This document shows, in pieces, positions 1-9,732 of a stretch of DNA of 64,000 bases. Position 1 is the first letter of the stretch. Each line of letters begins with the position of its first letter. The DNA lies in NCBI GenBank assembly GCA_033764955.1, contig JANRIL010000022.1, positions 1 through 64,000 of the forward strand. Reading direction: 5' to 3'. The notes under the pieces are model-generated. The model saw nothing but the letters and a program-made list of their open reading frames with translations, was not told the DNA's origin and did no database searches. This DNA comes from Cyanobacteriota bacterium (GTDB taxonomy: Bacteria; Cyanobacteriota; Cyanobacteriia; Thermostichales; Thermostichaceae). The position numbers and the translations under genes are program-made.

Positions 1-59
1 GAAGGGGTATCTGTGAGTTGCAAAGATTGTGTGTCGATTTCGGGGGCATCCCAGCGTCT

Positions 60-140
60 CGGAACGAGAAACCCCGCTCAATCCACACTCCTATCCCTCC
101 CCACCCACAAGGGGATGCGGTTTCCCGGAGTTACTCATGA
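60..140. mobile_element. Possible terminal hairpin region of an IS200/IS605-family element (or non-autonomous derivative), body outside the window
   Basis: CTATCCCTCCCCACCCACAAGGGGATGCGGTTTCCCGGAG is an imperfect GC-rich palindrome resembling subterminal hairpins I recall from cyanobacterial IS200/IS605 (TnpB/IscB/IsrB) ends. No transposase gene is visible. Confidence 0.3.
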
Positions 141-156
141 AATATTGGTGAGGGAA

Positions 157-771
157 TTAGGATCCCCAGTTATCCGCTAATTCGCTACTATAATCCGTCC
201 ATTTCTGAAAGCGAAACGGCCCTGCCAACGCCCCCCAAACCTGTTGATGGGTCTGCGGATCAAACCCCTGATCATGGCTAGAAAAAATACTAGCGGATAA
301 CCGCACGGTGCTGACCAAATAGGTCATCTGGCCTTTCCGTTCCACACAGCAGCCTTGTCCTGGCTGACTGGTGCCGACAAACTCGGATCCCTGTTTTTGC
401 AAAAGCACATCACACCCCGGCAAATAGGCCAGATCGGTCAGGGTCAGGAACCGCAATCGCTCAACATCCTCACGAGCCGCTCCCCTCCATCGCAGCGGTT
501 GCAACAGGCGATAATTGCGAATGCAAAACTGAGAGGGTTCACTCACCAATTGCACTACCGCCGTCCGATAGGGATCCTCCAGATGTCCGGCATAGGCTTG
601 TTCTACATAAAAACCAAACCCGCTAAATAATCCCCAGGGCAGAGGACGATAGCACACCCGAATGTGGGCATAAAAGGGTGGATTTTCCCAGGCTTGTTCT
701 TGGTTGCTAAAGTCCCCTGCCAAATAGCGAGCCATCTCGGCCAGATCATTCATGACGGTTGGAGGATTCAT
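157..771 (-). CDS. cpcT: Phycobiliprotein lyase CpcT/CpeT family
   Basis: LAGDFSNQEQAWENPPFYAHIR, PYR, GCD and DQGFDP..QVWG..GPFRF motifs; divergent from cpcB. Confidence 0.9.
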   Translation of the reverse strand: MNPPTVMNDLAEMARYLAGDFSNQEQAWENPPFYAHIRVCYRPLPWGLFSGFGFYVEQAYAGHLEDPYRTAVVQLVSEPSQFCIRNYRLLQPLRWRGAAREDVERLRFLTLTDLAYLPGCDVLLQKQGSEFVGTSQPGQGCCVERKGQMTYLVSTVRLSASIFSSHDQGFDPQTHQQVWGALAGPFRFQKWTDYSSELADNWGS

Positions 772-995
772 CGCTCAGCCAGGATGCCAATAGGGTTATT
801 CTCGCAGGTCTTGCCCAGGGCTGGAGGGAATCAGGGATCCCACCTCAGGGAGAGCCTTGAATCTTTGTAAAATTATGTGTGGAAAATAAAAAGTTCACCA
901 CAAACTCAAGTGTCCGCAAAAGCTTAATCTCTAGGGGTTTCCCCCAAAAACAGTCGGTATCATTTCGGACATAAGGCTATGTAGAAATTCTAACA

Positions 996-1013
996 GAAGT
1001 AAAAGAATGTAAA
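996..1013. promoter_or_regulatory. HLR1-like (RpaB) direct repeat in the cpcT/cpcB intergenic region
   Basis: Minus strand reads TTTACATT-CT-TTTACTTC versus consensus (G/T)TTACA(T/A)(T/A)-N2-(G/T)TTACA(T/A)(T/A); RpaB regulates phycobilisome genes. Confidence 0.45.
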
Positions 1014-1478
1014 TAAGCTGAGACTCTTAATGGCTGAAACCCTCTCTACTACTCAAGCCCAGCTCAACAGTGTTCGAGAAAACATCGTTACATTTATTGA
1101 TTTATAGGGATCCGATCAACAGGGTAGAAATATAGCGGTGCGTCATGCAATCTTCTGATTCAGCAGCCAACTTATCCAAAGTAGCCAAAAGCAGCAAACT
1201 CCAACGCTATCTCTGGATGTTTTAACCCAGTAAAAAGCTTGAGAGATCTTGCCATCCTTTTAGCCACAAAGGCTTCAACCTTATGGTTGGTAGGTTTGTC
1301 TAGTTCAGCAGATTAAGAAGATTGGCATGAATGATGTCAGTAATTGCGAGCTAACTCCTGGTTAGCTGGTTGTTTCTGAAACTTCTGAAATACGTCTGCA
1401 ATAGTGATGGGAATGGCCACGGGTTATTCTTAATGCTTTTGCGGGTTAACATCAACTTTTTGCTAAGGAGAATGGATC

Positions 1479-1997
1479 ATGAATGATGTATTTGGCAAAG
1501 TCGTAGCCCAGGCAGATTCCAAAGGAACTTTCTTGTCTGATGGTGAATTTGCTGCTCTGCAAAGCGTGATTGCCGAGGGCAACAAGCGCCTCGATGCCGT
1601 CAATCGTCTTACCAGCAACGCTTCTTCCATCGTGACCAACGCGATTCGTGAGTTGTTTGCCGAAGAGCCTCAACTCAACGCTCCTGGCGGTCCTGCCTAC
1701 CCCAGCCGCAACGTGGCTGCTTGTATGCGCGACATGGACATCATTCTTCGCTACATCACCTATGCGGTGGCAGCGGGCGATGCCAGCGTTCTCAACGAGC
1801 GGTGCTTGAATGGCTTGCGCGAAACTTATGTGGCTCTGGGCACTCCTGGTAGCTCGGTGGCCAACGGCGTGCAAAAAATGAAGCGGGCGGCTGTGGGTGT
1901 CGTCAATGATCCCAGTGGCATTACCCGTGGCGATTGCAGTGCTTTGATCTCTGAAATCGAATCCTACTTTGATCGGGCTTCTGCCTCTGTGGCCTAA
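1479..1997 (+). CDS. cpcB: Phycocyanin beta subunit (divergent)
   Basis: 172 aa; [12 protein letters not shown]82[16 protein letters not shown]153S; SD AAGGAG upstream. Confidence 0.9.
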   Translation: MNDVFGKVVAQADSKGTFLSDGEFAALQSVIAEGNKRLDAVNRLTSNASSIVTNAIRELFAEEPQLNAPGGPAYPSRNVAACMRDMDIILRYITYAVAAGDASVLNERCLNGLRETYVALGTPGSSVANGVQKMKRAAVGVVNDPSGITRGDCSALISEIESYFDRASASVA

Positions 1998-2108
1998 AGG
2001 TTCAGCTTTTTGGGGCGTGGTGAAGTGTCGCTATTGTTGCTCTCAGTTCATCACCTTGCCCTTTTCAACATGAAACGTTTTTGAGATTTTTTAGGAGACA
2101 TTGAAATC

Positions 2109-2591
2109 ATGCAGACCCCCATCGTGGACGCTATCGCCACCGCTGATAGCCAAGGCCGTTACCTCAGCAACAATGAATTGCAGGCCATCAATGGACGCTT
2201 ACAGCGTGCCGCCGCCAGCATGGAAGCCGCCCGTGCCCTGACCTCCAAAGCCGATTCCTTGATCCGTGGGGCGACGGATGCTGTTTATGCCAAATTCCCC
2301 TACACCACTCAGCCCGGCGGTCAATGCCACAACCAAGGTGGCAAAGATAAGTGTGCCCGTGATGTGGGTCACTACCTGCGCTATGTCACCTACTGCCTGG
2401 TGGCAGGTGGCACTGGTCCTATGGATGAGTATCAACTGGCCGGGATCCGCGAGATCAACACCGCCTTTGAACTCTCTCCCAGCTGGTTTGTGGAAGCCCT
2501 CAAGCACATCAAATCCAACCACGGTCTGTCGGGTCAAGCGGCAACCGAAGCCAACACCTACATCGACTATGCCATCAATGCCCTCAGCTAG
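2109..2591 (+). CDS. cpcA: Phycocyanin alpha subunit (divergent, 160 aa)
   Basis: [55 protein letters not shown] upstream. Confidence 0.9.
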   Translation: MQTPIVDAIATADSQGRYLSNNELQAINGRLQRAAASMEAARALTSKADSLIRGATDAVYAKFPYTTQPGGQCHNQGGKDKCARDVGHYLRYVTYCLVAGGTGPMDEYQLAGIREINTAFELSPSWFVEALKHIKSNHGLSGQAATEANTYIDYAINALS

Positions 2592-2725
2592 AGGCATCTT
2601 TAGTCGGTTGGGATCCCGGTAGCGAGCGATTGTGATCAAGCCAGGTTTTCTCTATCAGGTTTTCTCCCTCAAGAGAATTTCTGACGCTCACGATTATTAT
2701 CCACAGCCGGATTCAAAACCCTGAT

Positions 2726-2761
2726 GGAAGGGGCAACCCCAGGGTTGCCCTCCTTTGTTTC
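2726..2761 (+). terminator. Hairpin between cpcA and cpcC (intrinsic terminator or stabiliser of cpcBA mRNA)
   Basis: GGGCAACC-CCAG-GGTTGCCC stem-loop (2731-2750) followed by TCCTTTGTTT. Confidence 0.65.
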
Positions 2762-2823
2762 TGGGTATGAGGGATCCCGAAACCTCTTTTTCATCCATAG
2801 ACACATCATTTTGGGAGATTAGC

Positions 2824-3672
2824 ATGACAGTCATCACAGCAGCCGAAAAGCTGGGGGTAGAAGCAGTAGCAGGGGCTAGCCCACTTGAGCTTCGCTCTAA
2901 TGCTTCCAAGGCACAACTGGATACGATTCTGCGAGGGATTTATCGGCAAGTTTTGGGCAATGATCACCTATTTGGGGCTGATATCGCCGAACTAGCCAGC
3001 GCCGAGTCGCTGCTGCGTCAAGGTAGTTTGACGGTAAGAGAATTTGTCCGGTTGGTGGCCAAATCTGAGGCCTATAAAAAGCGCTTTTTCTATCCCAATT
3101 CCCAAACCCGCGCCATTGAACTGAACTACAAACATCTGTTGGGTCGCGCTCCCACCGATGGCAAAGATATCGCTCGCCACCTCGACATCTACCAAGCGGG
3201 AGGTCACAGCGCTGAAATCGATTCTTATATCGACAGCCCTGAATACAGCGATGCCTTTGGGGAAAACATTGTTCCCTATGCCCGTGGGTTTGAATATCGG
3301 CGTGCCCACACCACCCGTGACTTTACCAATTTGTTTTCCCTCTATCGGGGCTATGCCAACAATGATCGCTCTCAAGGAAAGCGGCCTCGCCTGACTGCCA
3401 TTATGGGAACTGGTGTAGTGCCGGGCGTTCAAGTCATGTCGGCGGTACGGGGAGATGGCAAAAACAAGCATTTGGGGCCTTCCACTGGGGCTTCGGATGC
3501 GATGTTCTGCATTCAAGTCAGCAAACTGCTCAATCCCCTCTCCGACTTGGCGACCTCCAGCCGGTATCGCCGTTCTACCCAACGGGTGTTTGCGTCGGCT
3601 GACCAACTCTCCGCCACCATGCAACGCCTGGTTAAGAGTGGAGCTAAAATCGTCAGCGTCACTCGCGCCTAA
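2824..3672 (+). CDS. cpcC: Phycocyanin rod linker polypeptide (PBS linker domain plus C-terminal CpcD-like domain)
   Basis: [65 protein letters not shown] 2824 with SD GGAG. Confidence 0.88.
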   Translation: MTVITAAEKLGVEAVAGASPLELRSNASKAQLDTILRGIYRQVLGNDHLFGADIAELASAESLLRQGSLTVREFVRLVAKSEAYKKRFFYPNSQTRAIELNYKHLLGRAPTDGKDIARHLDIYQAGGHSAEIDSYIDSPEYSDAFGENIVPYARGFEYRRAHTTRDFTNLFSLYRGYANNDRSQGKRPRLTAIMGTGVVPGVQVMSAVRGDGKNKHLGPSTGASDAMFCIQVSKLLNPLSDLATSSRYRRSTQRVFASADQLSATMQRLVKSGAKIVSVTRA

Positions 3673-3684
3673 AACCAGACTGGG

Positions 3685-4560
3685 ATGCAAGATTCATCGG
3701 TAGAGGGATCCCAAACGGATTCACGTGCTCAAGAGTTGCTCACTCCGGCAGTCCAAATTGAGAGACTCCAGGCCGGAGATGCGGGCGAGCGCTATTACGC
3801 CGCTTGGTGGCTGGGTCGGATGCGAGTCCAGGCTGGGTTGAGCGCGTTAATAGCGGCTCTTGAGGATGATCTTGATCAAACCCTACAGGGAGGATATCCT
3901 CTGCGCCGCAATGCTGCGCGTGCCCTGGGGAAACTCAGGGATCCCGAGGCTATCCCCCCTCTTTTGCTTTGTTTGGGATCCTCAGATCGACAACTGTGGG
4001 CGGTAGCAGCACAAGCCCTGGCTGAGATTGCCGGCGACCATCCTGAGTGGCAAGCTAGGGTGATTGAGTCGTTGTTAGCCTGTTTAGCCAGCACTAACCA
4101 GGAGAGTGGAGACAACGCCAGCCTATCTGTTGATCCCCAGATGGAGGTTGTGCTAGAGGCGGTGTTAGAAGCCCTGGGAGATTTGCAGGCACAGGCAGCC
4201 ATTTCCAGCCTAGCAACCTACCGAAATCATCCTTCCATTCGTATGCAGTCGGCGGCGAACCGTGCCCTCTATCGCATTACGGGGATCCCTAGTTTTGCCG
4301 AGGGCTTGTTTCCGTTACTCAAAACCGACAATATTCATCTGCGGCGAGCCGTGGTTTTGGATCTGGGTTCAACGGGCTACCTAGCAGCCGCTTCTGCAAT
4401 CGCCACCGCCTCTGTGGAGGCCAATATCAAACTTCATTCCCTCAAAACTCTAGCCGACTTATATCTGAGCAACTATCTGAGCCGCCATCCAGAAAATAGC
4501 AGCCCACCACTCGATAGTGAGTTTCCTAAACTTTTGGAATGGATTGATAGCTTACTTTAG
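3685..4560 (+). CDS. cpcE: Phycocyanobilin lyase alpha subunit, HEAT-repeat E/F type
   Basis: RYYAAWWLG, GGYPLRRNAARALG, LRRAVVLDLG..GY motifs; ends ..IDSLL. Confidence 0.82.
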   Translation: MQDSSVEGSQTDSRAQELLTPAVQIERLQAGDAGERYYAAWWLGRMRVQAGLSALIAALEDDLDQTLQGGYPLRRNAARALGKLRDPEAIPPLLLCLGSSDRQLWAVAAQALAEIAGDHPEWQARVIESLLACLASTNQESGDNASLSVDPQMEVVLEAVLEALGDLQAQAAISSLATYRNHPSIRMQSAANRALYRITGIPSFAEGLFPLLKTDNIHLRRAVVLDLGSTGYLAAASAIATASVEANIKLHSLKTLADLYLSNYLSRHPENSSPPLDSEFPKLLEWIDSLL

Positions 4561-4625
4561 GGTTGTTTTGAGGTTGTTTGAGTGGGTATCGAAGGGAGTG
4601 TTCAGAGAAGGAATAGACTGATGAA

Positions 4626-7430
4626 TCAAAACTTTTCAGCCAGAGCGTCCACACAGCGTTCACATAGCTGAGGATGCTGCTCAGACTGCCCTACTTGCTC
4701 AGAATAATTCCAGCACCGCACGCATTTTGTGCCGGACGCCGGGGTGATCTGGATGGTCAAACCGGATTGGCTGGCGGGTTGGCAAACCACCTGCGAAACA
4801 ATGAACAAATATCGCAATTCCTGCTGGTGGGTTTGCAGCAATCCATAGAGATCGGGATCCCCAACCGATAGCTGCACCGAAGCTTCCGTAGAAGCCCCAA
4901 TTAGCTTATCACTACGGGCTTGTTCCAGGGCTTTGTTCACCTCCAGACGCACCTGTCGTAACTGAGTCCAGGTGTCCGCAAGGGTGGGATCTATCCAGGC
5001 TTCGGGTAAAACCAACCAACCCGCTTCAAATACTGAAGCATGGGAGCGTGGATAGGGAATATGGCTCCAGATCTCTTCAGCCATGTGGGAAATAACGGGG
5101 GCAATCGCCTTAGCCAAGTTTTCTAATAAAATCGCCAAAACAGTCTGGCACTGCCGCCGCCGAGGGCTATTGGCATGACTGATGTAAAGGCGATCTTTAC
5201 TAACATCCAAATAAAAATTGGATAAATCCACCACACAAAAATTTTGGACGGCCTGAAAGAAGCGGAAAAATTGATAGCTATCAAAGGCTTCCGTAATTTC
5301 CTGACCCACTTCCTTAAATCGATGCAAAATATAGCGATCTAGGCCAGATAGTTCACTCTGGGGTACAGCCTGTGTAGCAGGATCAAAATCATAGAGATTG
5401 CTCAACAAAAAGCGAGCCGTATTGCGGATTTTGCGATAGACATCCGCCATCTGCCCAAGGATCGTATTGCCGAGGGGAACATCACCACTATAGTCCACAC
5501 TGGAAACCCACAAACGCAGCACATCCGCGCCATAGGGGGGATCCTTTTTCTGATCTTTGCCTCCCTCGATAACCACCAGCGGATCCACAACATTACCGAG
5601 GGATTTGCTCATTTTTTGACCCTTTTCGTCCAGGACAAACCCGTGGGTGAGCACCGCTTTGTAGGGAGCCTGTTGATGCACCGCCACCGAGGTCAGCAAC
5701 GACGATTGAAACCAGCCACGGTGTTGATCAGACCCTTCCAAATAAAGATCCACCGGATAGCCCAGATGCCGTTGTTGCGCCACCGCCGACCAAGAGGATC
5801 CCGAATCAAACCAAACATCCATCGTGTCCATCCCTTTGCGGTAGGTTTTCCCATCTTGGCGGTAGGCGTCGGGCAGCAGTTCCTCCACCGGACGCTTCCA
5901 CCAGGCATGGGATCCCTCACGGGCAACGATCTGCCGCACATGCTCAATCGTCTCCGCATTCAGAAGGGGTTCTCTGCTGACCTCATCATAAAAAACGGGG
6001 ATGGGAACTCCCCAAGCCCGTTGGCGAGAGATGCACCAGTCGGAGCGATCTTGCACCATCGCCGTGATGCGGTTTTGTCCCACTGCCGGGATCCACTGCA
6101 CCGTCTGGATGGCTTGCAGCGCTGCCTCTCGAAACCCCTCCACGGAGGCAAACCACTGCACGGTGGCACGAAAAATGGTCGGCTCTTTGGTACGCCAGTC
6201 GTAAGGGTATTTGTGACCATAGGCTTCCTCCTTGAGGAGGGATCCCTGAGCCAGCAGGGCTTGGATGACCGCTTCGTTACCGCTGTTAGCCTTTTGCTTA
6301 GCCAGGACATTCAAACCTTGAAAGTCCGAACCTGCTTCCTCCGTAAAATTGCCCCGTTCATCCACGGGGGTGAGGATGGGTAGGCCATATTTTTGGCCGG
6401 TTTTGAAGTCATCTTCCCCATGCCCAGGGGCGGTATGGACAATGCCTGTGCCCGATTCCGTTGTCACATAGTCCCCCAAGACACACAGACTGGTGCGGGG
6501 GAAAAGAGGATGGCGAGCTAGGGATCCCTCCAAGAGACTGCCCACAAAAGTCGTTTCCAGGGTGAGCGAGGTTTGTAAGGTCGCTGCCAGCCGCTCCCGC
6601 AGATCCGCCGCGATGATCAGGTGGCCATACTCAGGGGAATGGACGACGGCATAGGTCAGTTTGCCATTGAAACAAAGGGCAAGATTGGCCGGAATCGTCC
6701 AGGGGGTTGTTGTCCAGATCGCCACCCGCAAATCCGGCATCCAAGGCTGCAAGAGGGCACGAGCCGATTCTGTCAACTGCTCAAGGGGAAAGGCCACATA
6801 GATGCTGCGAGAGGTATGCCCTTCCGGGTATTCCAGTTCGGCTTCCGCCAAAGCCGTTTGGGAACTGGGACTCCAATGCACAGGTTTCAGTCCGCGATAG
6901 ATATACCCCTTGAGAGCCATCGCCCCAAACACAGCGATTTGAGCCGCTTCATATTCCGGTTGCAGGGTCATGTAGGGATGTTGCCAATCGCCCCACACTC
7001 CTAAGCGCAAAAATCCCGCTTTCTGACTGGCGATGGCTTTGTGGGCAAACTCCTCAGCTTTATAGCGTAGTTTGAGGGGGGTGAGTTCGGCTCGCTGTTC
7101 TGGGGTCATGCTCTGCAAAACTTTCATCTCAATCGGCAAGCCGTGGCAGTCCCAACCGGGCACATAAGTAACTTTGCGCCCCCGCAGCATTTGATATTTG
7201 TTGATGATGTCTTTGAGAATCTTGTTGAGGGTATGCCCCATGTGAATATCCCCGTTGGCATAGGGGGGGCCATCGTGCAGGATAAAGGGATCCCTAGGAT
7301 TCTGTTGCGAGAGGCGCTGATAAATCTGTTCTTGCTGCCAAAACGCTTGAATGGCGGGTTCTTTGCGAGCCGCATCTGCCTTCATGGAGAAAGCCGTTTG
7401 GGGCAAGTTGAGGGTATCTTTATAGTCCAT
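4626..7430 (-). CDS. ileS: Isoleucine-tRNA ligase
   Basis: MDYKDTLNLP start, HDGPPYANG..HMGH, WTTTPWT, KMSKS, C-terminal Zn knuckle CVRC/CERC. Confidence 0.98.
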   Translation of the reverse strand: MDYKDTLNLPQTAFSMKADAARKEPAIQAFWQQEQIYQRLSQQNPRDPFILHDGPPYANGDIHMGHTLNKILKDIINKYQMLRGRKVTYVPGWDCHGLPIEMKVLQSMTPEQRAELTPLKLRYKAEEFAHKAIASQKAGFLRLGVWGDWQHPYMTLQPEYEAAQIAVFGAMALKGYIYRGLKPVHWSPSSQTALAEAELEYPEGHTSRSIYVAFPLEQLTESARALLQPWMPDLRVAIWTTTPWTIPANLALCFNGKLTYAVVHSPEYGHLIIAADLRERLAATLQTSLTLETTFVGSLLEGSLARHPLFPRTSLCVLGDYVTTESGTGIVHTAPGHGEDDFKTGQKYGLPILTPVDERGNFTEEAGSDFQGLNVLAKQKANSGNEAVIQALLAQGSLLKEEAYGHKYPYDWRTKEPTIFRATVQWFASVEGFREAALQAIQTVQWIPAVGQNRITAMVQDRSDWCISRQRAWGVPIPVFYDEVSREPLLNAETIEHVRQIVAREGSHAWWKRPVEELLPDAYRQDGKTYRKGMDTMDVWFDSGSSWSAVAQQRHLGYPVDLYLEGSDQHRGWFQSSLLTSVAVHQQAPYKAVLTHGFVLDEKGQKMSKSLGNVVDPLVVIEGGKDQKKDPPYGADVLRLWVSSVDYSGDVPLGNTILGQMADVYRKIRNTARFLLSNLYDFDPATQAVPQSELSGLDRYILHRFKEVGQEITEAFDSYQFFRFFQAVQNFCVVDLSNFYLDVSKDRLYISHANSPRRRQCQTVLAILLENLAKAIAPVISHMAEEIWSHIPYPRSHASVFEAGWLVLPEAWIDPTLADTWTQLRQVRLEVNKALEQARSDKLIGASTEASVQLSVGDPDLYGLLQTHQQELRYLFIVSQVVCQPASQSGLTIQITPASGTKCVRCWNYSEQVGQSEQHPQLCERCVDALAEKF

Positions 7431-7596
7431 AATCCACGGTAGGTTCCTGAGCAAGCGGATGAGGGTGGAAACCAGATTTTGATGGTCACCAACCCATCCC
7501 TTCAGTAGCATGAGTTTTTCTATCCTACGCCGATCGCTGCCTGGGAGCATCCATCCCCCAGTACCGAGGAGAGGCAGTTCAGATGTTGAGGGATCC

Positions 7597-9051
7597 CTAG
7601 GGGGGGGGGGCGGGAAGCAGAGAGGCTACGGCTTGCAACCGTTCAACCGCCCAGCCCCGTTGATGTAGGAGGGCAAAAGAAGCCATCAAATCAGGCCCTT
7701 GCAAATCTCCCGTCAGCGCCGCCCGTAAACTTTTCATCACCACCCCTTTTTTGATGCCTTGGGTTTTTACCACTTGATCGATGGGCGGTTTGAGGGTGTC
7801 GGGGGTAGCCGTGCTGGGTTCAATAGCCACCAATAGCTGGGCGATTTCCGCTAGGGCGGTGGCCACTCCAGCCATGCGCAACTGTTCCAAAGCAGGCAGG
7901 GTATAGCCCAGCTTGGGTTCCAATAAAAAGCGGCTGAGAGGAGGAGCCTCCGTTAAGCGAGTGATGCCTTCGCTGATCAGTTGAGCCAAGGTCAGCAGCC
8001 AGGGGGACTGGGGCACGGTCGAGAGGTCGAAACCAGCCGCCTGCCAGAAGGGGGTGAGCCGTTCTACCAATTCACCGGCATCCAGTTGGCGGATGTATTG
8101 GCTGTTGATCCAGTTAAGTTTGTCCCAATCAAACCGTGCTGCCGAGCGATTCACCCGATCAAAGTCAAAAAGAGTGGCGGCTTTGTCAAGGGTAAACAAC
8201 TCTTCTCCATCGGGGGGTGACCAACTGAGCAGAGCCAGATAATTTTTCAGAGCCTCCGGCAAAAAGCCCATCTGCTGAAACTCCGCTACGGAGGTCGCCC
8301 CATCTCGTTTGGAGAGCTTCTTGCCTTCGGGGTTGAGGATCAAGGGAGAATGAGCAAAGGCAGGGGGTTGGGATCCCAGAGCTTGATAGAGCAAAATTTG
8401 CTTAGGGGTATTACCGATGTGATCTTCTCCCCGAATCACATGGCTGATCTGCATATCTATATCGTCCACTACTACCGCCAGGTTATAGAGGGCTTGCCCA
8501 TCAGCACGGGCAATCACCATATCTCCCCCCAGATCTTGGGTATTCCAACGAATTTCCCCCCGAATCAAATCGTTCCAGGTGACCTCCTGGGGTTCTTCAA
8601 TACGAAACCGGATGACGGGTTTGCGCCCCTCCCCTTCATAAGCTTGTCGCTCCGCCTCCGTTAAATAGCGATGGCGATTGTCATAGCGCGGGGCTTTGCC
8701 AGCGGCTTTTTGGGCGGCTCGCATCTCCTCTAGCTCAGCTTCCGTACAATAACAGCGATAGGCCAACCCCTGCTCAAGGAGCTGCTCTACCACCTGCTGA
8801 TAGCGGTCAAGACGGTTGGATTGATAGATAGGTCCTTCCTGCCAGTCCAAGCCCAACCAAGCCAATCCGGCCAAAATGTTGCGGGTATAACGGGGCTGAG
8901 ATCGCTCTCGATCCGTGTCTTCAATCCGTAAAATGAACTGTCCATCAGGATGGTGATGGGCATAAAGCCAGTTAAAAACAGCAGTGCGAGCCGTGCCAAT
9001 GTGCAGGTTGCCGGTAGGACTGGGGGCAATGCGTACTCGGATACTCACCAA
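7597..9051 (-). CDS. gltX: Glutamate-tRNA ligase
   Basis: RIAPSPTG..HIGT, RIEDTD, RGEDH, KLSKR. Confidence 0.97.
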   Translation of the reverse strand: MVSIRVRIAPSPTGNLHIGTARTAVFNWLYAHHHPDGQFILRIEDTDRERSQPRYTRNILAGLAWLGLDWQEGPIYQSNRLDRYQQVVEQLLEQGLAYRCYCTEAELEEMRAAQKAAGKAPRYDNRHRYLTEAERQAYEGEGRKPVIRFRIEEPQEVTWNDLIRGEIRWNTQDLGGDMVIARADGQALYNLAVVVDDIDMQISHVIRGEDHIGNTPKQILLYQALGSQPPAFAHSPLILNPEGKKLSKRDGATSVAEFQQMGFLPEALKNYLALLSWSPPDGEELFTLDKAATLFDFDRVNRSAARFDWDKLNWINSQYIRQLDAGELVERLTPFWQAAGFDLSTVPQSPWLLTLAQLISEGITRLTEAPPLSRFLLEPKLGYTLPALEQLRMAGVATALAEIAQLLVAIEPSTATPDTLKPPIDQVVKTQGIKKGVVMKSLRAALTGDLQGPDLMASFALLHQRGWAVERLQAVASLLPAPPP

Positions 9052-9110
9052 AACCTAAGGATCCCCAACGAAGCAAGTTTTTATTCTATCCTTTCCCTCT
9101 CCCCCCTCAC

Positions 9111-9620
9111 TTAAATTGTCGGGTCACTCAACATCCCCGCCGCCTGGGGATCAAAGCCTGGGGGGAATTGGGTGAAGGCATCATAAACAGCTTGGCTGAG
9201 GGTGGCTAATTTGAGCTGGCAATCTTGTAAGTTGGATCCCTGTAACTGGGCTTGACTGAGGTTGCTGCCCGTTAAATCTGCCCCTCTCAGATCCGCCTGG
9301 GTGAGGTTGGCGGCGGTAAGGTTGGATCCTCGCAGACTGGCTTTTTGCAGGTTGGTCTGGGCCAGATTAGCGTGGACAAGGGTAGCCAATCGCAGGTTGG
9401 ATCCCTCTAGGTTGGCCTGGGATAGCTGAGTCTGATAAAGATAAGCTCGTTCTAAGTTGGAGGACTCCATCTGGGCAGCGCATAAATCAGCGCCACTCAG
9501 ATCGACCCCTGCCAGTTGCGCCCCCTGCAAGACAGCTTGTGGCAGTTTGCTCCCGCTAAAATCCCGTTCTCCCTTGGCAAAACCACTCAGGATCTCGGCA
9601 GTGGTTTCTAGTGCTGGCAT
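9111..9620 (-). CDS. Pentapeptide repeat protein
   Basis: GERDF followed by tandem A(D/N)Lxx repeats; C-terminal TQFPPGFDP. Confidence 0.9.
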   Translation of the reverse strand: MPALETTAEILSGFAKGERDFSGSKLPQAVLQGAQLAGVDLSGADLCAAQMESSNLERAYLYQTQLSQANLEGSNLRLATLVHANLAQTNLQKASLRGSNLTAANLTQADLRGADLTGSNLSQAQLQGSNLQDCQLKLATLSQAVYDAFTQFPPGFDPQAAGMLSDPTI

Positions 9621-9732
9621 AAAATCTCACCCAATCCCTTGGTAATGATTTTAATGCCCTATCCACAACCCCTAGTCCTCCACCGGCAAAATTCCTGAGG
9701 CGAGTTTCCTCAGATCAAGAGGTTGGTAGGGA

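Noticed and set aside
1479..2591. Calling the pair pecB/pecA (phycoerythrocyanin)
   Set aside because: Only the beta 72-78 loop is PEC-like. The alpha subunit, the linker N-terminus and the lyase look Cpc-type.
7431..7550. 40-aa N-terminal extension of IleS shown in the ORF track
   Set aside because: IleS homology starts at MDYKDTLNLP (7430). The open frame is treated separately as a finding.
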